Source: an uncultured Bacteroidales bacterium
GTDB lineage: Bacteria > Bacteroidota > Bacteroidia > Bacteroidales > FEN-979
Reading direction: 5' to 3'
Assembly (NCBI GenBank): GCA_903913885.1
Contig: CAIWMX010000011.1
Location: forward strand, 13,512-77,511
Length of the DNA stretch: 64,000 nt
A model generated the notes under the pieces. It was given only the letters and a program-made list of their open reading frames with translations, had not been told where the DNA came from and made no database searches. The position numbers and the translations under genes are program-made. Positions 26,428 to 34,645 of this stretch are shown here, one piece after another (the stretch's first letter is position 1; each line of letters begins with the position of its first letter).

Positions 26428-28062
26428 ATGAAAATATGGGCTTTTTTGAACCCGGGAAACGGGAAACCAGGCAGGAAATTCCTGGTGTTCATTTTCCTGG
26501 TTTGCACGCTGGGATTCACTTTCACCGAAGCGCAGACCATCTCTCCGGGCACGGGCATGATGGTGGGCAGCGGCGCCGTGGTCAACTCCAATACCGACGT
26601 TACCATGTCGGGCGGGGGTACACTCGACGTGCAGGGAACGCTGATCCTGAAAAAAAACCTGGTGAACCTGAACAGTTCGCCCTCCAGCCTGGGCACCGGC
26701 CTGATCGAACTTTCCGGCTCATCCGCGCAAACCGTAAGCGGGCAGAATATCATCCAGGACCTTCGGATTAACAACGCCGCCGGCGTTTCCATCTCGGGCG
26801 ATACCCGGGTGAACGGCATCCTGAAACTCAAAAGCGGCATCGTATCACTGGGGGCCAATAATCTTCTGCTGGGGCCTTCTGCCAGCGATTCGGGCGGGTC
26901 GGCCTCCGCCATGGTGGATGTTACCGGTACCGGTGAATTCCGCAAGGAGTTTTCAACCACCCCGTCCTTTCCCAAGACCTTTACCTTTCCCGTGGGCGAC
27001 AACACGGGCACTGCCGAATACTCGCCGGTTGCAGCGAATTTTACCTCCGGCACCTTCGCTTCGGGCAATTACCTGGGCGTCACGCTCCGCAACCTCCCCG
27101 ACCCTGATGCCAACATCGCCTCGGGCGATTACCTGAGCCGCTACTGGCTTATGAATTCCAACGCCATTACCGGCACCGTGAGCTGCGGGCTTTCCTTTAC
27201 CTTTACCGACGCCGATGTTACCGGGACGAAGGGAAATCTATTTTTAGTCAATTCAACGCCGGTCGTTCAAACTTTCGATGGCGTGAGCGGAAACCAGCTC
27301 ACCGGCACCGTGGGCAGCTTCAGCAGGTTCACCGGTGCCGACGGGGCCCTGCAGACCAGCTTCAAGGCCTTCCTCCAGGGACCGTACAACGCCGCCGATC
27401 ACCACATGACCGACAGCCTGGCGGTGAAACTTCCCCTGGGCGACCGGTCGGTGCTTACCAACTTCCCGTCGAACCAGCCTTACAACGGCTCCCCCTGGAA
27501 TTACAACGGTACCGAGAGCGTGGTCTCCCTGCCGGCAGGCGTTGTTGACTGGGTGCTGGTCGAACTTCGCCAGGCCAACAAAGACACCAATGCCACCGCG
27601 GCCACCCTGGTGACCCGCCGGGCCGGCTTCCTGAAACAGGACGGCTCCATCACCGACCTCGACGGCACCCCGCTGAAATTCTACCACACCCACCTCTCGC
27701 AGAACCTCTACCCCGTGATCAGGCACCGCAACCACATCGCCATCATGGCGCACAACGCCGTGACCAAAGACGGCACCGGAATCTATTCCTACGACTACTC
27801 TTCGGGCAGCAGCCAGGTGTGGGGCGGAACAACAGGCATGAAACAGGTCGACACCAGCCCCGTACGGTGGGCCATGGTTGGTTCCGACGCCAACGCCGAC
27901 AACAACATCTGGATTAACGATTATGCAAACTATTATGTGCCGGAATTCTTCATCAGCGGCCAGTATATGCCGGCCGACTTCAACCTCGACGGCAACGTCT
28001 GGATCAATGATTACGCCAATTATTATGTGCCGAATTTCTTCATATCAAACCCGTTGCCCTGA
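26428..28062 (+). CDS. secreted protein with a C-terminal dockerin-type duplicated EF-hand module
   Basis: 544 aa with a signal or anchor. The C terminus is DANADNNIWINDYANYYVPEFF...DFNLDGNVWINDYANYYVPNFF, two copies of the DxNxDGxxxxxD Ca-loop plus helix spaced 30 aa apart, as in type-I dockerins. Confidence 0.55.
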   Translation: MKIWAFLNPGNGKPGRKFLVFIFLVCTLGFTFTEAQTISPGTGMMVGSGAVVNSNTDVTMSGGGTLDVQGTLILKKNLVNLNSSPSSLGTGLIELSGSSAQTVSGQNIIQDLRINNAAGVSISGDTRVNGILKLKSGIVSLGANNLLLGPSASDSGGSASAMVDVTGTGEFRKEFSTTPSFPKTFTFPVGDNTGTAEYSPVAANFTSGTFASGNYLGVTLRNLPDPDANIASGDYLSRYWLMNSNAITGTVSCGLSFTFTDADVTGTKGNLFLVNSTPVVQTFDGVSGNQLTGTVGSFSRFTGADGALQTSFKAFLQGPYNAADHHMTDSLAVKLPLGDRSVLTNFPSNQPYNGSPWNYNGTESVVSLPAGVVDWVLVELRQANKDTNATAATLVTRRAGFLKQDGSITDLDGTPLKFYHTHLSQNLYPVIRHRNHIAIMAHNAVTKDGTGIYSYDYSSGSSQVWGGTTGMKQVDTSPVRWAMVGSDANADNNIWINDYANYYVPEFFISGQYMPADFNLDGNVWINDYANYYVPNFFISNPLP

Positions 28063-28097
28063 TTTAGCTTAACATGCCCGTTCCTGAAATATCAAAC

Positions 28098-30287
28098 ATG
28101 AAAAAAATAATCATACCGCTCCTCTGTACCCTGTTCCTTGTGCTGTCTCTCACAGGGATAGGCCAGCCGACGCTGACTTTTAAGATGGATAATCCGAGGA
28201 TATTTAGGGGTTTATCCCCCGTGAAAACGAGGTTGCAATTTGATGTCTATGTTAAGGCATCAATTGATGGAACGTATTTATATTATACACAATTAGCATT
28301 CAGAGTTTCAACATCTTCAAATTTTCTTTTAGATCAATCAAGTCTAAAATATGACCTAACCAATGGAATTTTAGCTGGGGGAAACTATGTTCCGTCTGCA
28401 CCTCTTGCATGGAATCCCACATTTACTGGTTTTGGAATCTCAATAACTTTAGATGGAATGAACCTTGCAGGGAATAATGTCGAAGACGTTTGTGCTCCAA
28501 TTACCACATCCTATCAAAAACTGGTTACAATAAGTATTGGAATTTCAAATCCTGCAGGTGTTGCAGGACTTGCCGGATTAACTTTTGATGCAAGTCAAAT
28601 GATAGCAGGCCCAGGACAAACACAAAAATATGCATTGTTTGGGGAGGTAATAATTCCCCCGGATCATTATTATAGTGCCCCAAATTTGTTCTTTAACAAA
28701 GACTTTTCCAACCTTTACCTGGGCAGAATCTACTCTTCTGCCTGGGGCTGGTCACAATACACCACCTTCACTGGTCAGCACACGATATGGGCTACGGCCG
28801 TGAACACGTCGGTATGGGATACCCTTACAGCGGCTGCGACCATCGACACGGCCGGTTCGCAGGCTTTGGCGCTGCGCATCCACGCGGGCGGGCGGCTGAA
28901 GGTAAAGGTGGGCAAAGACCTCACCTGCACCGGGGCCACGGAGATCAACGAGCCGCAGGGGCTTTGGATCGCCTCCGATGCCAGCGGCACCGCCTCCTTT
29001 ATCGACAACGGCACCATAACCTACAATACCGGTGGCACGGCACGGGTCGACCGCTATTTCACCCCGGGTTTCTGGCATTTCTGGAGCATGGCGGTGGGGT
29101 CATCCACCTCAGCCCCGTTCTACAGCTTCTACATGCGGTATTACGACGAACCGACCCACCAGTTCCAGCAGATCACCACCACCGGGGTTCCTTTACATCC
29201 CACCCAGGGATACTCGGTGTGGGCAAACGGGACCAACACCACCGCAGGGGTGAGCGGGGCGCTGAACACGGGTACCATGACCACCCAGCCGCTCACCAGC
29301 ACCCTCATCGGTGCATCGGTTTACGACGGCTACAACATGATCGGCAATCCCTACCCGAGCAGTGTTGACTGGACTTCAGCGGGTTATTCGCGCACCAACA
29401 CGGAGCCGGTCAAGTACAGTTACAACGTGAACCAGTACCAAACCTACAACGCGCAAACCGGGGAGAGTACCAACGGGGGCGACAAATACGTGAAGCCCGA
29501 ACAGGGATTTTTCGTGCATGTCACCGACAACACCACCGGCTCGGTGTCGGTGAACAACACGGCGCGCCTGCATCTCACCGGATCGTACAACAAAAAATCA
29601 AGTGGCATCAGCGACATGCTGATCCTCACCGCCTCGGCCAACGGGATCGCCGACGAAACCCACATCGTGTTCAACAGCGATGCCACCGTGAATTTCGACC
29701 CGGATTTCGATGCATACAAGATGACGGGAACCAGCCAGGCCCCGAACCTGTACAGCAGGTTGCCGGGAAACATCCAGGCTGCGGTGAACTGGCTTCCCCG
29801 GACGGGCGCAAGCCAGCTTGTCCCGCTGGGATTCACCTGCGGACCGTCGGGCGTTTACCACATTACCGCCAGCAACCTCGGGAGTTTCAACTCGGCCACG
29901 CAGATCTTCCTGGAGGACCTGAAAGAGAATAACACGCAGAACCTCGTAACCGACCCCGATTATCATTTTACCTATGCCGCCGGAGAATCGCCCAACCGCT
30001 TCCTGCTTCATTTTTCGAGCCCCACCCTGGATGTGAACGATCAGCAGCCGGAAAAATTCCAGGTGTATGCCTGGGAGGATGCCGTGTATGTGAAAATGCT
30101 CACCACGGGCGAGGTGCATGGAACGGTAGCGCTGTACGACCTCGCAGGGAAAATGGTATTCAGCGGCGGGCTCGCCAACCTGCGGCTCAACAAGTTCAGG
30201 CCGGCCCTGGTACGGGGGCTCTATCTGGTGAAGGTTCAAACCAGCCGTTCGGTTGTAACCGATAAAATTTTCATCAACCAGCAATAA
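28098..30287 (+). CDS. T9SS type-A C-terminal sorting domain protein with an N-terminal domain encoded by AT-rich DNA
   Basis: The start is moved to MKKIIIPLLCTLFLVLSLTG. The last approximately 80 aa (..VYAWEDAVYVKM..ALYDLAGKMVF..GLYLVKVQT..) form a typical T9SS CTD. Confidence 0.75.
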   Translation: MKKIIIPLLCTLFLVLSLTGIGQPTLTFKMDNPRIFRGLSPVKTRLQFDVYVKASIDGTYLYYTQLAFRVSTSSNFLLDQSSLKYDLTNGILAGGNYVPSAPLAWNPTFTGFGISITLDGMNLAGNNVEDVCAPITTSYQKLVTISIGISNPAGVAGLAGLTFDASQMIAGPGQTQKYALFGEVIIPPDHYYSAPNLFFNKDFSNLYLGRIYSSAWGWSQYTTFTGQHTIWATAVNTSVWDTLTAAATIDTAGSQALALRIHAGGRLKVKVGKDLTCTGATEINEPQGLWIASDASGTASFIDNGTITYNTGGTARVDRYFTPGFWHFWSMAVGSSTSAPFYSFYMRYYDEPTHQFQQITTTGVPLHPTQGYSVWANGTNTTAGVSGALNTGTMTTQPLTSTLIGASVYDGYNMIGNPYPSSVDWTSAGYSRTNTEPVKYSYNVNQYQTYNAQTGESTNGGDKYVKPEQGFFVHVTDNTTGSVSVNNTARLHLTGSYNKKSSGISDMLILTASANGIADETHIVFNSDATVNFDPDFDAYKMTGTSQAPNLYSRLPGNIQAAVNWLPRTGASQLVPLGFTCGPSGVYHITASNLGSFNSATQIFLEDLKENNTQNLVTDPDYHFTYAAGESPNRFLLHFSSPTLDVNDQQPEKFQVYAWEDAVYVKMLTTGEVHGTVALYDLAGKMVFSGGLANLRLNKFRPALVRGLYLVKVQTSRSVVTDKIFINQQ

Positions 30288-30299
30288 CCGGGTGCAGCA

Positions 30300-30563
30300 A
30301 TGAAAAGATATCTCATTAAAATCACTGTCATACTTTCGTTTTTACTCCTGCCTGCATTGGCCTTGCTTGCCTCTCCCCCCCTCGACTTTCCTCCCGATCC
30401 GGGCGGCGATCCCGGCCCCGGGGGAACCCCGGTAGGCGGCGCTCCCATTGGCGACGGGCTTATTGTACTCCTCACGCTGGGCGCAGCCTATGGCGGGTGG
30501 AAACTTTACAGGATTAAAAAGCATGACAGCAACGAATCCTTATCTCATACCACCCATCTATGA
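30300..30563 (+). CDS. small exported Pro/Gly-rich protein with a CTERM-type (PID/PEP-CTERM-like) anchor
   Basis: 87 aa. Signal peptide, PPLDFPPDPGGDPGPGGTPVGGAPIGDG, a TM helix LIVLLTLGAAYGGW, then the basic KLYRIKK. Its stop overlaps the next start (ATGA). Confidence 0.5.
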   Translation: MKRYLIKITVILSFLLLPALALLASPPLDFPPDPGGDPGPGGTPVGGAPIGDGLIVLLTLGAAYGGWKLYRIKKHDSNESLSHTTHL

Positions 30564-30844
30564 TCGCATTGCATTCCGTTTACCTCAAACCCATGGAGGA
30601 GGTGGACCAGCACCTTCCGGGGCACCGCGCCTTTCTGAAAACACTTTATGAAAAAGGGATTACCATCTGTTCAGGACCGCAGGTGCCGCGAACGGGGGGC
30701 TTTATCCTGATGAATGCCGCCGGCAAGGCCGAGGCGATGGAGATCATGAAGAACGACCCCTATGTGATCCATGGCATGGCCGAATACACGGCCATCGAGT
30801 TTGAGTGCAGGAGCTACGCCCCGGGCTTCGAGCAGTTTTTCTGA
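30560..30844 (+). CDS. YciI family protein
   Basis: 94 aa. The HxxFL..G.....GP pattern and the size are typical of YciI-like proteins. Confidence 0.72.
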   Translation: MIALHSVYLKPMEEVDQHLPGHRAFLKTLYEKGITICSGPQVPRTGGFILMNAAGKAEAMEIMKNDPYVIHGMAEYTAIEFECRSYAPGFEQFF

Positions 30845-30846
30845 CC

Positions 30847-32556
30847 CTATTTCAGCTTGATCAGCCGCACGGTTTCCGTTTGCGACCCGGCCGATAACCG
30901 GCACAAATAGAATCCGGCCGGCAGCAAGGTTCCCTGCAGGTTCACGGTATGTCCTCCTGCATCCTGGTTTTTATCAACCAGCGTCATGATTTCCGCACCG
31001 ACCATGTTGCAGATCACCAGCTTTACGGCACATTCAGCAGGGATGGTATAACTCACGGAGGCCTGTTCGAGGAACGGGTTGGGTGTGCATCGCACCGAAA
31101 TACCGGGTTTCACGGCATCTTCATTCATCCCCACGATGTTGGGAACGATATGGGTGTAGTACACATCCTCTTCGCCGTTCAGGGTGTTGGCCCATGCCAG
31201 GTGCGCGCCGGTATTGTCGGAAACCATGTCGAAATAGTCGCCCATTTTTGATTGCTGGGGGTACCCAACCGAAGGATCAAAGAGTTCGGATAATCTTTTA
31301 TTGATCGACCAGGTTTCGCCCTGGTCATCGGAATAACAATAGTAGAGCGCCGAAAGCAATGAACCGGCCGGGGCGTCGCGCGTATCGAGCCAAACCACGT
31401 CGATCCTGCCATTGGGCGCCACAGCCATGGTGCCGAGCCACTGGTAGTTGGTGGTGCTTACGTCGGTGTTGAGCCGCTTCGCCGGGTTGAAGGTCAAAAA
31501 GCCGTCGGTGCTTTTGGCAAACATGACATCGGCCGGATCGCTGTTCGACATTCGTTGCACGGAGGCCAGCACATATACATTCCCCCTGCCGGGACCGTTG
31601 GAACGGTCAACATCGACATTGGCCTGCCCGACGAGGCCAACCGGGTTGATCGGCGTTCCGGAGGCAAGATTGCCGTCCATATCGGCATTGTTTGCAATAT
31701 CCCAGCTGATGGTGGAACCGGGGGTTTGCGCGTTGGTCGATTTCGACACTGAGATGCCGTAGGGTGTACCGGCCCCGGCAACATAAAGTTCCCCGTCGGG
31801 CCCGATCGCCATGGTGCCCCAGAAAGGGTCGTTGTCAACCCATACACAATCTTCGTAAGTTGCACCGTCATCCTCGCTGCGGGTGAGAAAACCCGGCTGG
31901 CAGGAGCTGTAATACTGCGACCAGTAGGAATAGATGTTCCCGGAACCCGGCCCTTTGGTACGGTCGATGGCCATCCACTGCTTGTCGCCGCCGTGCGCAT
32001 CGGTACCCTGGTCCCAGGTGGCGCCCCCGTTGGTGCTTTTATATACTTTGGTGGTGTAAAGGTTCCCGTTGGCGGTGAGCGAGTTGTAATAGAAGTTGCC
32101 GGAAGTGTCGAAATCGAGCACGGGATCGGACCGGAACACCATCGGGTCGATCACCCCGGGAAAGGTGAAATGTTGCCCGCCATCGGTCGAATAGGCGTAT
32201 CCCGCCTGGCGGAAATTGCTGTTCACGTTGTCGAATTGCCGCCAGCCGATGACGATGTGGTTTGGATTTTTCGGATCCACGGCGATGTTGGGTTCATTGG
32301 CTGCATCGCCGATGATGTTGGCGCCGTTCGGCCCCACGTTGGCCTGGGTGGTAAAGAAGCCCGTACCGCTTTTCAGTTGCGCCGGCGGCTGCTGCACCTG
32401 GCCGGGCTGGGGCGGAAGGTACTGCTGATCGGGTACTTCGTTATGTGTCCGCACCTTGTCGTAAGCAGACTTAGGTTTGTTCTGCCCCTGCGACGCCAGG
32501 GAACTGACCAGGATGATCCCTGCCAGGAACCATGCCTGAATTGAATTTTTTTCCAT
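30847..32556 (-). CDS. BNR/sialidase-like beta-propeller protein with a T9SS CTD
   Basis: 569 aa. Signal peptide, four SxDxGxxW/F-type BNR motifs (STDGGQHF, STNGGATW, SEDDGATY, SDDQGETW), and a C-terminal T9SS sorting domain. Confidence 0.75.
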   Translation of the reverse strand: MEKNSIQAWFLAGIILVSSLASQGQNKPKSAYDKVRTHNEVPDQQYLPPQPGQVQQPPAQLKSGTGFFTTQANVGPNGANIIGDAANEPNIAVDPKNPNHIVIGWRQFDNVNSNFRQAGYAYSTDGGQHFTFPGVIDPMVFRSDPVLDFDTSGNFYYNSLTANGNLYTTKVYKSTNGGATWDQGTDAHGGDKQWMAIDRTKGPGSGNIYSYWSQYYSSCQPGFLTRSEDDGATYEDCVWVDNDPFWGTMAIGPDGELYVAGAGTPYGISVSKSTNAQTPGSTISWDIANNADMDGNLASGTPINPVGLVGQANVDVDRSNGPGRGNVYVLASVQRMSNSDPADVMFAKSTDGFLTFNPAKRLNTDVSTTNYQWLGTMAVAPNGRIDVVWLDTRDAPAGSLLSALYYCYSDDQGETWSINKRLSELFDPSVGYPQQSKMGDYFDMVSDNTGAHLAWANTLNGEEDVYYTHIVPNIVGMNEDAVKPGISVRCTPNPFLEQASVSYTIPAECAVKLVICNMVGAEIMTLVDKNQDAGGHTVNLQGTLLPAGFYLCRLSAGSQTETVRLIKLK

Positions 32557-32661
32557 ATTTCAAATTTAGGCATTTTTTAATTAGACGAAGCAAGAATATT
32601 CTGCCGAAATTGTCAGCGATTTCGGGGATTTTTTTACATTAGTAAACTGAAAAACCGCAAC

Positions 32662-34641
32662 ATGAAACTCCCGCGACAAACCCTCCCTGCCATCGCCCTC
32701 ATCTCGCTGATACTGGCTTTCACGAAATCCTCACCGGCCCAGGAAAAGATGGTCTTCGGTAAAATCGAGCCCGGCGACCTTACATTAACCCATTGCCCGT
32801 CGGATACTTCGGCCGGGGCGATGGTGCTGGGCGACATCGGCTCCACCTGGTTCGATTACGACCCGATTGGCGGTTTTGTCATGATGTATGAACGGCTGCT
32901 CAGGATCAAAATATTCAGGAAGAGCGGGTATGATTATGCCAGCCAGGTGATCGCTCTCTTTCACGAGGATAATCTGAAGGAGGATATGATGATCTTCAAG
33001 GCCCGGACATACAACATGGAAGGCGGGCAGATGGTGGAAACAAAGTTGAAGGATGAGTCCGTTTTCAGGGAGTCGGAGGACATCTACCGTGACAATCTGC
33101 GGTTTACCTTCCCGGCGGTGAAGGAGGGCTCCATCATCGAGATGAAGTACACCATCCGCTCCCCCTTCTTCGGGTATTTTCGCGACTGGACATTCCAGTA
33201 TTCCATCCCGGTGCGCTGGAGCGAATACGAAACCAATATCCCCGAATTTTATCATTATACGCATCAAACCTTCGGTTATGTGCCGTTTTTCATCAACAAG
33301 GAATCATCCGCCCCGAATTCAAACACGACGATAAGCTTCACCGACAACATCCTTCGCCTTGCCGTGAAAGATGTGCCGGCCATCAGGGAAGAACCTTTTA
33401 CCAATTCCATCAGCAATTATACCTGCCGGGTTGAGTATGTGCTTCATTCATACCAGTTTCCCGGCCAGTTGTACCATGCCATCAATACCAACTGGGCGAA
33501 TGTGGCCTCGAAGCTGATGAAAGACGAAGACTTCGGCCTGCAACTGAAAAAAAGAGGGGTGGTCAAAGAGTTTGCCGCGGCCATCAGCGCGGAGGCCAAA
33601 ACGCCGGAGGAAAAGATGCTTCTGGCGTTCGACCGCATCAGGAACCGGATGAAATGGAATGAACATTACTCAAAATACACCTCGAAGAAACTGGCTAAAT
33701 CCTTCGACGAAAAAACCGGCAACTCGGCCGATATCAACATGCTGCTGATCGTGTTGATGCGTGAACTCGGGTTAACAGCCGACCCGGTGCTGCTCAGCAC
33801 CCGCACGCACGGGCTGGTGATGGATTACACGGTTTCCCTTTCGCGCATGAACCACGTAATCTGCCTGGTAACCCTCGGCGAAAAGAGTTACCTGCTCGAC
33901 GCAACGCAACGCGTACTTCCCTACAACATGCTCCCGTTCCAGTGCCTCAACGGCCAGGGGCTGGTCGTGCTGCCTGAAAAAGCGCGCTGGATCGACCTGC
34001 TGACCAGCGAAAAGAAAAACAAACTCGTGTGTCCGAAATTTAAGATATCCCCTGCCGGCGAAATCGAGGGTACCATGCAGGTGACCACCACCGGGTATAA
34101 TGCCAGGGATATCCGCAACGCATGTGCGCTCACCGGGAAGGAGGAGTATGTCAGAACTCTGAAAACCGGCCTGAAAAGCTGGGAAGTGACGGATGTCGCG
34201 TTTGAAAACCTCGACAAACTAACTGAACCGCTCATCACCGGTTACACCCTGAAAAATCCGGATGTCGCGCAGGTGAGCGGGAATATGATCTACCTGAACG
34301 TATTGGCGAATCTGGGCCAGACCACCAATGACTTTGTTCAGGAGAAGCGGTATTCGCCCGTCGATTTTGGTTGCCCGGCAAAGGAATCGTATGTGTTCAC
34401 CTACGAAATTCCGGCCGGGTATGCCGTGGAATCGCTCCCCGAGAATGTCCGCCTGTTGCTGCCCGACCAAGCCGGTTCCTATAAGTTCATGATCACGGCA
34501 GAGGGTGGCAGGATCACCGTCAACACACAACTGAACATCAACAAAACCCTGTTCCTCCCTGCCGATTACGATACCCTGCGGAATTTCTTCACCCAGGTCA
34601 TCGCCAAACAGTCGCAGCAAATCGTCCTTAAAAAAGCCTGA
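32662..34641 (+). CDS. DUF3857 + transglutaminase-like (Cys replaced by Ser) + DUF3858-type protein
   Basis: 659 aa with a signal peptide. The TGase-core-like block TGNSADINMLLIVLMRELGLTADPVLL has Ser where the paralog downstream has the catalytic Cys. Confidence 0.68.
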   Translation: MKLPRQTLPAIALISLILAFTKSSPAQEKMVFGKIEPGDLTLTHCPSDTSAGAMVLGDIGSTWFDYDPIGGFVMMYERLLRIKIFRKSGYDYASQVIALFHEDNLKEDMMIFKARTYNMEGGQMVETKLKDESVFRESEDIYRDNLRFTFPAVKEGSIIEMKYTIRSPFFGYFRDWTFQYSIPVRWSEYETNIPEFYHYTHQTFGYVPFFINKESSAPNSNTTISFTDNILRLAVKDVPAIREEPFTNSISNYTCRVEYVLHSYQFPGQLYHAINTNWANVASKLMKDEDFGLQLKKRGVVKEFAAAISAEAKTPEEKMLLAFDRIRNRMKWNEHYSKYTSKKLAKSFDEKTGNSADINMLLIVLMRELGLTADPVLLSTRTHGLVMDYTVSLSRMNHVICLVTLGEKSYLLDATQRVLPYNMLPFQCLNGQGLVVLPEKARWIDLLTSEKKNKLVCPKFKISPAGEIEGTMQVTTTGYNARDIRNACALTGKEEYVRTLKTGLKSWEVTDVAFENLDKLTEPLITGYTLKNPDVAQVSGNMIYLNVLANLGQTTNDFVQEKRYSPVDFGCPAKESYVFTYEIPAGYAVESLPENVRLLLPDQAGSYKFMITAEGGRITVNTQLNINKTLFLPADYDTLRNFFTQVIAKQSQQIVLKKA

Positions 34642-34645
34642 CCGG

